This document shows, one piece after another, positions 38,468-49,500 of a stretch of DNA of 64,000 nucleotides (position 1 is the stretch's first letter; every line of letters starts with the position of its first letter). Made by a program: the position numbers and the translations under genes. The stretch comes from Azolla caroliniana (Eukaryota; Plantae; Polypodiophyta): positions 3,906,001 through 3,970,000 of the forward strand of contig JBHGNT010000008.1 in assembly GCA_043228905.1 (NCBI GenBank), written 5' to 3'. The notes under the pieces are model-generated. The model was not told the origin of the DNA and made no database searches. It saw only the letters and a program-made list of their open reading frames with translations.

Positions 38468-41029
38468 TGTCGTGAAGAATTTCAGCCAGAGGCAGAAACC
38501 GGGAAATATTGGCTACATCGGCGGGGTGCAACATGTGCGCTCACCCTTGTACATTTAGTGTGAATAACGAGGGCGCCTTTATGGCGCCGAAGAGTAATCA
38601 AGTCGGGACAAGAATCCCATGTAATAAGGGATTTATCCCACAATGCTACAGATCCCTCTCCTTGTTCTATAAAAGGAAGGGAGCGCCCTTGGTGAAGGGG
38701 TTGCCCATTTTGTATTAGTAGGGTATACCGTTACATTAAGAGACGTCCTCTCTTTCTCTTTCCCTTCCTCTTGTTTAGGGTTTCGTTTTTCTTCTTCTTG
38801 CCTCTGCTTCTTCCTCTTCGTCGTTCTGAGTATCGAGCCTTGGCGTCTCGTGTTCCTATTTTCTGCCCGTTCTCTGTGCAAGACCCCGCTCGGCACGACA
38901 AGCCCGAGAGCTCCCCAACCGGCGGCTTGGCAGTAGACGACTGTTGTAACCTGAGCTACTTAGGTCGGGCTCGATACCAGTATTGTATCTTAGTCTTGTA
39001 ATATATGCATGGAGGGTTCTACATTTCGGTGTTTATGTGGGTGTTTTGGTGTTCTCTTACCTCCGTTTCTGTACATAAGGGCGTGAGTTGGGTCGGCATG
39101 GTGTGTGTATGTGGGTGTGAATTGGTGTCAAGCGCGCGCTGTCGCGTTGTTACGCACGTGCGTGGAGAAAGGCGGGACCATAGGGGTCTTGGACTAGGGA
39201 GTGATGGAGCGTAGGAAGTCGTGCTTCACTATTTCTGGGGCATCCCAGAAACAGCCAGGGAGCAACCAAAGGGAGAGAGAGAGAGAGAGAGAGATGCTTA
39301 ACACCGACTCACGCACACACACGCACACACAGCCCGACCCGACTCACGCCCTTATGTACAGAAACGTAGGAAAGGGGTAGCACCCGACACCAACAGAGAC
39401 GCGGATGTACACAAACAGACGCAAATGTATATATATAATATATATAAACAAGAATACATTCCCGGCTTCGAGCCAGACTAAGGTAGGTTACAGTAGTCGT
39501 CAGCTGCCAAGCCTCCGGTCGGGGAGCTCACGGGCTCGTCGCGCCGAGCGGGATCTTGCGCAGGAGATGAGCTGAAGCAAACCCTAAGCGAACACGAAGG
39601 AGAAGAAGAAGAAGAACCTAACTCTAAACCTAACGGTATACCCTCTAATGCAAAATGGGCAACCCTTTCACAAAGGGCGTTCCCTTCCTTTTATAGAACA
39701 AGGACAGGGATGCGTTACAATGTGGGACAAATCCCGCTTTACATGGGATCGTCTGCCCCGACTTGACTACTCTTTGGCGCCATAAAGGCGCCCTCGATAT
39801 TCACACTAAATGTACATGGGTGCGTACACACGCTGCACCCCGCCGATGTAGCCAATGTTTCCGGTTTCCGCCTCTGGCCGAAATTCTTCACGACATCCAC
39901 CCCCACCTAACTGCACGTCCACTGGCACGTGCCAAATCTGGTTGAAGGGTGAGAGATTTCGGCCGGTGAGAAACCGGTCTCCCGTGCTCCGCATCTCGGC
40001 TCGCTTCCGGTTTGATCCGTCGGCTTCGAGTCTTCCTTCGCGCTCGCCTCCCCGTAGGCTCGTTCGGCCCGTCGATGGGTCCTCTGCCGTGATCTCCGTA
40101 GTACGTGTACTTCCGTTGGCCCTTGTTCGGCCGTATGAACGCCCCGCTTCCCGCCGTATGCCCGTTGTTTCCCGTTTGAGGAACGCCCGTAGCGGCCCGC
40201 TTGGCCTCCGTTGATCATTCGTGTCATCCTGATTGTCGTCCCATGTCGTTTCGCGTTGCCCTCGTCCTTTCGCCGCCACCTTCCTTCTCCATGGTCTTAC
40301 ATCGCCGCGTCAGCTCGAACCGCCTTGGTCTCCGGAACGGTGTGGAGGATCCCTTTCCGGCCTTCTCCGCGATACCTTTGAACAGCGCAACCGATCTCCG
40401 CGCTCGCCTTTCTGCTCCGGCACCTCCGCGTGCCACATATCCTCATCCGTTGCTTGGCACCGCCTATGCCGTACTCCAGGTCATTGCACACCTCGTCGGT
40501 CCCTTTCCCGGCCAGATCGTGCATCGCCGCTCACCTGCATACCAGTGTCCTTTGCATCCGAGGAACACCCCGTAGTAGCCTGCTTGGCCCTTCCCGTCTT
40601 CGTGCTGCCGCGATAGGTCCTGAGTCGTCTGCTTGCCGTCGTCCCCTCGTCCCACCAGCTTGTCACCCCGGGCTTGCCGTGTCAGTCTTCGCTACTTCGA
40701 CGGAGCTACCGAGATCTACGTAGCGAGTGTGGAGGATCCTCCTCCGGCCTCTCTTGCCATCCCCTGACTCCGAACCTGTGCAATCCACTAGGCACTTGTA
40801 ACCTCGTTCCCGACACCTCCCTTGTGCCATCTTCCGCTTCCTTCGTTCGGCCCTGCCCGCGCCGAACACCGTCCAGTAGTCACGCTTCGATCCGGCCCGC
40901 GATGGCCACTTGCGAGACTCTTGTCCTATCCAAGTTGTGCCTTACCGGCCTGACACACCTCCCCGTGTTTGCCCCTACCGGCTCCTTCCGAAACCTCGTG
41001 TCGTCGGGTCCCGTTCCCTGCCGCCACCG

Positions 41030-41545
41030 TCCTTCTCCCTCGGTCTTACGTTGCCACGTTGGACGAACAGCCATAGTCTCCGGATTGGTGTGAGGGTCCC
41101 ATAGGACCGGACTCCGTTTCTATGCTTGCCGTAATTCGGGTGTCTTTTGTTTGAGTCCCTCTCGGACTCTCCTCGTGTCTTCCGCGTAGTCGGGTCCCGT
41201 TTCCCACCGCCACCAACCTTCTCTCTCGGTTTCATGTTGCCACGTTGGCCGAACTGTCGGAGTCTCTGGTTAAGTGTGGGGATCCCGTAGGACCGGACTT
41301 CCTTACGCCCATTGCCTTCGTCACCTCGCCGCCACCGTCAGTATCTTGGTCTTACGTCGACTGCGTTGCCGACTGCCGAAGTCTCTAGAACTGGTGTGAA
41401 GGATCCTCCGTAGACCGCCCATCCATAGCCCCTTTTGCCTTCGTCACCCGCCACCGTCAGTATCTTGGTCTTACGTCGACCGCGTTGCCGACTACCGAAG
41501 TCTCTAGAACCGATGTGAAGGATACTCCGTAGACCGCCGATTCGT
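41030..41545. repeat. Degenerate GC-rich repeats inside N
   Basis: Two copies of about 120 bp (CACCGTCAGTATCTTGGTCTTACGTCGAC...) and two GTTGCCACGTTGG...TAGGACCGGACT units. Confidence 0.75.
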
Positions 41546-41937
41546 CTTCTCGACCCTGTCCCGGGTCGTCCTTTTCCGCATGCCGAGAGACCGTTTTGCT
41601 CCGCACCCTCTCCCGTGGTACCGACATACCGTGTCCTCAGCCTCTTCGTAGGCCAGCTCTCTTCCTCCCTCCCGGAATGGTCATCCGGGAGTCCGCTCTG
41701 CCCGGTTCTCCTCCGGGTCTGTTCGTCCTTCTCCGGATTACCGGGTCCTGTTCTCCTGTCGCCACCGTCTCTCGTATAGGACTTACGCCGGCACTCGGGC
41801 CTGCAGCCGGATCGGTGTAAGGAATCCCATTGGACCGGCTTTCATTCTCTTTCCAAATCTCGACCTTCGCCCGGTCGGTCTTTCTCCCCATGTAAAAGAG
41901 GGCGGCTTGTCCCGCACCCTCTCCCGTATCGGCACCT

Positions 41938-43377
41938 TCATGCCGAATCTGGCCCCGATCGAACGATCCACGACCGGATTCTGCTCCATACGAATCGGAA
42001 TGCCGATCTTCTCATGCTGCTTCCGTCCTCGGCCTCCTCGCAGGCCGTTTCCCATCTGTCTTCGCTGGCATCGTGCCAGGACTCCTCGGTACCGCCATCC
42101 ATCTCCTTGGTCTTACATGGGCATACGGGCCCGAATGCCGAGTTCTCCGGAATCGGGTCCGTGGACTTTCGTCCGCTCCTTCCCCATATCGTCTCGCCGA
42201 TGATTCTTGGCCTTTCGCCGCCGCCTTCCTCCGCTTGGGACTCACGTGGGCACTTGGGCCCGACTGCCATCGTCTCGGGAGCAAGTGTGGGAAGACACAA
42301 AGAATCGCTTGTCCGTTTTACGCCCTTGTCCGTAGCCACCGACTCTCCGTGGTCGATGGTCGTCTTCTTACCGATCGCGCAAGCCCCGTCTGGGCTTGCT
42401 TCTCCCATGACCGGGATCTCGGGCTGACACGCCCGAAACTGCTGGTCCCAACGTTCCGGTTCCGCGATCGGTATCTCAGCCTCGTCCTTGGCCGTTCTAT
42501 CTCCGCAAGTCGAGAGGGCGTTTCGTTCCGCACCCTCTCCCGTGGTACCGTCGTACCGATCTTCCGCCGCCGCGTGGGGCAAGTCCGTCTTCTCAGTCTC
42601 GGCTAGCGGCCTCCGTCTTTCCTCTTCCTCGAGCATCGCCCCGAGAGTTGCGTACGCCTCTGCAATCCTGGCCCCAACGCCGACCCTTGCCGACTCTCTT
42701 TGCCGTTCGGCCTCTTCCCGCTGTGATGGCACGCCATCGCGTACCTTCCTCTTAGCCTTCTCGGCTCGCTCGTTGTCTAGCCGTTGGCACACCCTTCCGA
42801 CCTTCGACCAGTCCTCTGTAAGCCCATTCGCTCCGTCATCGTCTTCGAGCTCAATCCCGATGGCTTCCCGTTCCGCTCGGTCGATCGACCTGACGAACAA
42901 AAGGACTTTGTCCGCCCCCACCAAACCTTGTTCCCGCTCCGGGAGCCGAGCAAGCCGTTGCTCGAACTCTCGGAACACCTTGGTTGCGCCCCGGTGGGTC
43001 TTTGCCGATGCTACCCACTGGTCAAAGTCGTGTCGTCCCCGGCTCTTCCGCCGTCCTCCGTATGCCTTCAGGAGCGCCTCTTCGAAGGCCTCCCATGAAC
43101 TATGAGCCTCACGGAGCTCCTTTACTTCCGCATGCATCCGGACAGCTACGACCCGGCAGAAGAACTCCAGCCTCAACGCCTCGTCTACGCCACGCTCCTC
43201 CATTTCCGCGTTGTAGGCTTCCAAGTAAGATGGGACTTTGTCCCCGTTGAAACGGCCGACTCTTTCGACCACTCGCTCAACCGCTTGTTGCGCTGCTTCT
43301 CGCCTCATCACCACTCGTGCCGACTCCAACACCACTTCGGCCACCATCTCCGCAAGGTCGTCGTCTTCCAACTCCAT
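41938..43377 (-). CDS. Gag-like protein of N, 479 aa
   Basis: ATG just after the PBS. VGRFNGDKVPSYLEAYNAEM and DKVLLFVRSID align with Gag of J, K and L; no zinc knuckle or protease follows. Confidence 0.8.
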   Translation of the reverse strand: MELEDDDLAEMVAEVVLESARVVMRREAAQQAVERVVERVGRFNGDKVPSYLEAYNAEMEERGVDEALRLEFFCRVVAVRMHAEVKELREAHSSWEAFEEALLKAYGGRRKSRGRHDFDQWVASAKTHRGATKVFREFEQRLARLPEREQGLVGADKVLLFVRSIDRAEREAIGIELEDDDGANGLTEDWSKVGRVCQRLDNERAEKAKRKVRDGVPSQREEAERQRESARVGVGARIAEAYATLGAMLEEEERRRPLAETEKTDLPHAAAEDRYDGTTGEGAERNALSTCGDRTAKDEAEIPIAEPERWDQQFRACQPEIPVMGEASPDGACAIGKKTTIDHGESVATDKGVKRTSDSLCLPTLAPETMAVGPKCPRESQAEEGGGERPRIIGETIWGRSGRKSTDPIPENSAFGPVCPCKTKEMDGGTEESWHDASEDRWETACEEAEDGSSMRRSAFRFVWSRIRSWIVRSGPDSA

Positions 43378-44399
43378 CCTCCCTTGCCGCCTTTCACGTC
43401 GGGTTCACCAAATATGTCGCGTTGTTACGCGCGTGCGTGGAGAAAGGCGGGACCACGGGGGTCTTGGACTAGGGAGTGATGGAGTATAGGAAGTCGTGCT
43501 TCACTATTTCTGGGGCATCCCAGAAACACCCCGGTGTCGTAGTGTAGGTTGCACACTATGTGGAAATTATATTTTTGTCCCTCCGGATAGAGAATGGAGT
43601 GCTCGGTGAGAACCGGAAGAAAACGGCAACCGGCAAGGAAGAAAACGGCATACCGGCAAGGAGGAAGAAAACGGCATACCGGCAAGGAGGAAAACGGCAT
43701 ACCGGCAAGGAAGAAAACGGCATACCGGCAAGGAAGAGCCGGATAAAGAGACATAAATGTAAAAAGAAAGGAAATATTTACTACTGCGCAGGGCGTGATT
43801 CAAACTCTGCACCTCCACGTTGACAAACCCCAACCTTACCATTACATTAAATTATCTTAAGTGTTTTAAATATAGATTTAATATGTATAAGACCTTTATT
43901 TATGCATACCTTTATTAAAAGGTAAATCGTGTATTTCTTTAATATATGAAAAAGAAAATACACGAGACACTAAAAATAACTCAGGCACATCTAGCGTGCA
44001 TGAGCCCTATACTTAGGAAATAAAAAAGCATCACATGCACATTTAGTAGACATGAACACTTTTTGTAAAAGAAAAAAAAAAGCATGAAGCCATGCTTAGC
44101 TCTTCTTTCCTTATATAAGGAGGAGAGAAATATGTAAAGGGTTGTTGATTATTTGGATTAAGTATTAATCAATACAAAAATTATTCGTGGGATTCACGAT
44201 TTATACATCTACTTCTCTCTTAACACCCTAAGTACCAATTAATATAGTATACTCGTGTGATTCACGAGTTTCTTATCTTTCTCTTTGCTATTTACTCTTA
44301 ATTAATCTCTATCTCACGAACTTCTTTCTCCTAGTCCAAGACCTCTATGGTTCCCACCCGACTCACGCAACGATCCGCAGCCGAAAGGCACGACATAGT

Positions 44400-44417
44400 T
44401 GGTGAACCCGACGTGAA
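44400..44417 (+). promoter_or_regulatory. Primer-binding site complementary to the tRNA-Trp 3' end
   Basis: TGGTGAACCCGACGTGAA is the reverse complement of TTCACGTCGGGTTCA-CCA, the plant cytosolic tRNA-Trp end as I recall it. Identical 18-mer at 43393-43410, 59553-59570 and 61948-61965. Confidence 0.85.
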
Positions 44418-44433
44418 AACGGGTGGCAAGAAG

Positions 44434-46473
44434 ATGGAGGCTCAACAAGCTAACAATATGATGGCGATGTTCGAACGGATGCTTCAAGAACAACGCACGA
44501 TGTCGGAGATTTCGGCATCAGTAGAGCGGCTCGTGCAACGCAACGGGCAATTTAATGGTAAGGATGTGTCGCGATATTTGCAGGACTACAAGGCGGAGAT
44601 GCTCCGGTGCCGGGCTTCGGAAGGACTGCAAGTGACATCCTTTAACCAGGTGGCGACCGACGGGCTTCAAGGGAGTATCCACGGGTTGCAACAACAAAAT
44701 CCGACGTGGGAAGCATTCGAAGAGGCGTTAAAGACCACGTTTGCCATCGAGGACTCCTCCAAGGCAACGCGGAGGGGATTCGAGGATTGGGTGGAAACGT
44801 CAGGTAAGGGGCTGAAGGTCCTCGAAGTGTTTTCGACATTCCAAAGTCGGTTCGGGAGGTTGTCCGCGAGAGATCAAACTATTCTTGCACCGGACAAAGT
44901 CATCATGTTTTTGCGAGCTGTGGACGTCCGGGACCGGAAAGATCTCGGAGTGCTTCTTGAGGACGCGACCACCGAAAGCGGCCTCACCGAAACATGGGAA
45001 AGCGTGCGGGATATCGTCGCGCGGTACACGAAGAGGGGGCAATGGCTTGCCAACGAAGAAAAGAGGGTTTCGGAACCGATTCTGAAACCGAGAACGGGAC
45101 TGGAAGACCATCAACCGAGGGCTCGGGAGATTACGGCCGAGAAGGGAGTCGACGCGTCTACGGTGGAGCAGCTGCTGAAGGAGATGGAGAATCTAAAGAT
45201 CGCGATGGTGAAGAAGTCGGACGACCGCCCCACAAGCTCCAAATATACGGATCGACGGTGCATATGGTGCGATAGCGCCGAACACGATCGGAGGGATTGC
45301 GACGACCATAAGGAGGCGCTACGACGGGATCTCATCTACTACGAGGGAAACCGGATTCATTCGATGGACTCTCGGAAGCCACTCCGACCGAACTTCCGGA
45401 AAGGCGGCATGAAGAAGGTGCTCGAGGAGGAGTTAGCGGTAAGAAGCAACTATGCGACAACCGCGGGAATATGTGTCGGGGAGTCAACGGGAGCGAAGGC
45501 GTCTTTCTGGCCGGAGGTGCTAAGAAACACCGAGAAAACCGACTCCAACAATATCCGAAACACCGCGGAAGGCGTCCGGGAAGCTACGGGATGGGAGTGC
45601 CCTGTCGACAAGAATAGCATTTATGCCCTGTGTCAATTACATGAGGTGTATGTGGACGAGAAACGACGGCGCACGGAGGATGCGGCCGGACCATCGAAGA
45701 TACCGGAAAGCTGGAACTCCGGAGGTAAGGGAAAAGAAAAGGCGACTCCGGCATTCAAGCTCGCCTCGGACATAGAACAACAAACCGACTTGAAAAGAGT
45801 GTTCGAGGAAAGAATCTTGGATAGCCGGGTAGATTTTTCGCTGCGGGAACTACTCGGAATAGCGAAGAAGGAGTTTCACGATCTTCTCGTGGATCTCGTA
45901 AAAAGGAAGAGACAAAGTACGGAGGAAAATGCTCCAAGGGTGAATGCAAATACCGTTTCAATGAACGACACCGAAGTGGAAGGCGAAATTCCGAACTCCC
46001 ACTATACAAGGCCACACTGGGCACGTGCGACTACGGAGACTCCGGTCCGAATCGGCAACATCAAAGAACCCGTGCTAGCATTGATTGATCACGGATCGGA
46101 GATCAACTTGATGTCCAAGGAGTTCTACCGAAAGGGGAAGTGGCCTATAAACACCAACCATGGATGGAAGATTCGGGCAGCCACGAAAACGACAGAAGAC
46201 CTATTTGCGGCTTGTCCGGATGTGACGGTAAAGATCGGGGATGTCGAAATTGACCAAAATTTCTTTGTGCAGGATGAGGTTTCACATTCTGTCATCCTCG
46301 GCCAACCCTTTATCACGGCTTCACGGATGGAGACGAAGGTGCTCGATAGTGGTGCGGCTTTTGCGCGAATTCGGAGCCAAAACGGAGGGAAATCCGTCCA
46401 ATTCCTAACGGTGCCGGCAAATCACGAAAGGAACAAGAGGGAACTCTTGTCCCAAGTGAGAATGGATTTTTAA
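44434..46473 (+). CDS. gag: Gag-protease (ORF1) of J
   Basis: First ATG after the PBS (MEAQQANN); CIWCDSAEHDRRDC knuckle; LIDHGSEIN and VILGQPF protease motifs. Confidence 0.9.
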   Translation: MEAQQANNMMAMFERMLQEQRTMSEISASVERLVQRNGQFNGKDVSRYLQDYKAEMLRCRASEGLQVTSFNQVATDGLQGSIHGLQQQNPTWEAFEEALKTTFAIEDSSKATRRGFEDWVETSGKGLKVLEVFSTFQSRFGRLSARDQTILAPDKVIMFLRAVDVRDRKDLGVLLEDATTESGLTETWESVRDIVARYTKRGQWLANEEKRVSEPILKPRTGLEDHQPRAREITAEKGVDASTVEQLLKEMENLKIAMVKKSDDRPTSSKYTDRRCIWCDSAEHDRRDCDDHKEALRRDLIYYEGNRIHSMDSRKPLRPNFRKGGMKKVLEEELAVRSNYATTAGICVGESTGAKASFWPEVLRNTEKTDSNNIRNTAEGVREATGWECPVDKNSIYALCQLHEVYVDEKRRRTEDAAGPSKIPESWNSGGKGKEKATPAFKLASDIEQQTDLKRVFEERILDSRVDFSLRELLGIAKKEFHDLLVDLVKRKRQSTEENAPRVNANTVSMNDTEVEGEIPNSHYTRPHWARATTETPVRIGNIKEPVLALIDHGSEINLMSKEFYRKGKWPINTNHGWKIRAATKTTEDLFAACPDVTVKIGDVEIDQNFFVQDEVSHSVILGQPFITASRMETKVLDSGAAFARIRSQNGGKSVQFLTVPANHERNKRELLSQVRMDF

Positions 46474-46527
46474 AGCGGACTGTTGCGGAGTGGGGAAGTG
46501 ATAGTCCGAGAAGCCCTGATACCCCAC
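46464..46527 (+). promoter_or_regulatory. -1 ribosomal frameshift signal (G GAU UUU plus pseudoknot)
   Basis: Heptamer 46464-46470 before the TAA; stem 46476-46486/46498-46508; loop GTGGGG can pair with CCCCAC at 46522-46527; -1 frame is open into pol. Confidence 0.7.
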
Positions 46528-49500
46528 ACAGGAAGAAACCTCTCGGAGCAAAACAAGTACGAATCGGCCCGGATGGGGCATCTACGTACACGGCCGTAAC
46601 CGGAGGAATGAAGAAACAATACCGACAAGTGGAGGATAAGTTACGGTCGGCATCAATAATAAAAGAAGATGAAGAAATCGTGGGAGTGATCGAGGAAGTG
46701 TTCTATGGGAATACACTACAACGGCTTGAAGAGCTTGCGGAAGATAAAAGCCAAGGGAACCGGGTAGTCCCGGTGGAATCGGTCGAGATGTACGAGATCG
46801 TTGCAAAAATGGGGCCGGATGCGCTCCGCAAAGAAGAAGCAATGGTAAGTACGAAATACAAGACCGTGGAGAAGAAGGTGAAACCGGCTGCGGGACCACT
46901 ACCCGCCGATAGCGAACAAAAGAAGAAAGAAGTCTCGGGAGATCCGACACTTCGGAAGTCCGTGGATATCGGACATGCCTTCACAGATGAGACCCGGAAG
47001 AAACTTCGGATCGGTGGAGGTGGGTTCCTCTTACAAGAAGAAGAAAAACGGTTTCGAGAGATGTTGGAGCAACACGGCAAAGCATTCGCGTTCACATCGA
47101 GGGAGATCGGATGCATTGATCCAAAGATAGTGGAGCCGATGGTGATTTTCACGATTGATCATGTACCGTGGAACCTGAAGCCGATTCCGGTGCCATGGGC
47201 GCATATTCCGAAAGTCATCGACTTGCTCAAGGAGAAGGTGGCGATGGGGATTCTAGAGCCATCAAGTGCTCCGTACTCAAATCGATGGTTTACGGTTCCG
47301 AAGAAGAATGGGTCACTCCGATTCATCCAAGACTTGCAACCGGTGAACAAGGTCACGATCCGGAACTCGGGAGTCGGTCCGATAGTGGACGAATTCGCGG
47401 AAGCTTTTGCCGGACGTGCGATATACTCCATCGGGGACCTATACTCGGGGTATGACCAATTCCAACTAGCCGTGGAGAGCCGAGACATCACTACCATGCG
47501 GACACCGATAGGACTAGTTCGAATGTGCACACTACCACAAGGAGCGACAAACTCGGTTGCACATATGATGAACGCGATGAACAAGGTGCTTCGAGATTGC
47601 ATCCCGGAGATAACGATGCCGTTTCTAGATGACATTCCGATGAAAGGATGCGCGGTGGAAGAAAAAGATGAGACTATGGATGATCGGGGATGCCGAAAGT
47701 TCGTGGTCGACCATATTCATGATTGCGAGAAAGTGTTGCGAAAGATAGAAGATGTGCACCTAACACTTTCCGGGGAGAAATCGGCATTCGGGCAAGAAGA
47801 AATATTGGTGGTCGGACATCTATGTGGACCCTACGGCCGAAGACCGTCACCAACAAAGATCGATGCGATTCAAGCTATGAAGGAAGTATGTGAGTCAACA
47901 TCAGAAGTCCGAAGGTTTCTGGGTGCGTGTGCATTCTATCACATATGGATTCCGCACTATGCACATATAGCGGACCCGCTCTATCACTTGTTGCGGAAAG
48001 GTAAGAAATTCGAGTGGAAACCGGAACACACTAAAGCCATGAGGAAGCTCAAGAAGACACTATGGAGGGCGGAATCACTTAAGAAGCCAAGCTACGAGCG
48101 GCCAATCATAGTAACGGTTGATACAAGTCCAACCGGTATCGGGTGGGTCATCAATCAAGCCGACTCGGATGGTTCGCGGTATCCGATCCGATTTGGAGCA
48201 AAGGTCCTCAACGAAAGGCAACGCGGATATGCACAAGTCAAAAGAGAATTGTGGGGAGTCGTGTCGGCGATAAAATCGGATCGGGATTATTTGATCGGAG
48301 CTGAAGTGGTGATCGAGACGGATTGTCTTCCGATACTCGGGATGATGCGGTGTTGTACGATACCGGATGTGGCTATGCTAAGGTGGATTGCATATGTCAA
48401 GTCACTTAATCCGGAGGTTCGACACATCTCGGGGAAGGACAACGCGGTAGCGGACATGTTATCGAGGGCGCGGTTTGAAGACGACATAACCGAATCAGAT
48501 AATGAAGAAGTTTCCGAAGACTACTTCGCGTCAGAACACATATGCCGAGTGAACGTGATCCGAGAATTCCGGGAAGAAGAATACAAGGGGGAAACCTTGA
48601 TGATCGGGAAGATGCTACAAGAGGTCGAGGATTCAACCAATGATAAAGAAAGGAGAGCCGAGATCCGAAGGAAGAAGAGGCAAGTCCAAAAGTTCTTCTT
48701 GGAAAACGGTTTAATATGGAGGACGCCGAAAAGACCGGATGGGATACCACTTCGAGTAGTCGGGACGAAAGAGCAACGAAACCGGATAATGTCCGAGTTC
48801 CACGAATCCGATTGGGCTGGACATCGAGGAACATGGGCAACTTTTGTGAAAATCAATCAAAGATATTGGTGGAAGAACATGTATAAAGATGTTGCGGAGT
48901 TCACAGAAAGCTGCGAGAAATGTCAAGTCTACTCCGGGGTCCGACACCGAGATGAGCTGCATCCGACATTCTCACCGACAGTCAACTTCAAGTGGATGGT
49001 CGACATTGTAGCTATGCCGACCGGGATTGGACAAAAGAAATACTTGGTGTTAGCTCGAGAAGATCTCACAAACCAAGTTGAAGGTCGAGCGCTTCGGAGG
49101 AAAACGTGTGCCGCGGTGTGCCAATTTCTTTTGGAAGAAGTGTTTTGTAGGTACGGCTGCGTAGGACAAGTGATTGCGGACCGGGGAGAACTCGACTCGG
49201 ACAAAGCTAGGGGATTCTTCGCCAAACATGGAGTTCGGTTAACGTTGACAACGGCCTACAATCCGGAGGCCAACGGGAAGATCGAACGAGGACATAGTCC
49301 GATCGTGAAAGCACTTGCGAAGGCATGCGACGGAAGGGTGAAGGATTGGCCACAAATGCTTCCGTATGCTCTATGGGCGGATCGGACGATGCATAGCTCC
49401 GTGACCGGTTACATGTCGGCAGAACTCATGACCGGACAAGCACCGGTAATGCCAATGGAAACCGCAATCGCAACATGGACAATACTACCGTGGAAGGAAG

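Noticed and set aside
43425-43842. Repetitive ORFs (PCRYAVFF...) in the J LTRs
   Set aside because: Translation of the 23-bp tandem repeat.
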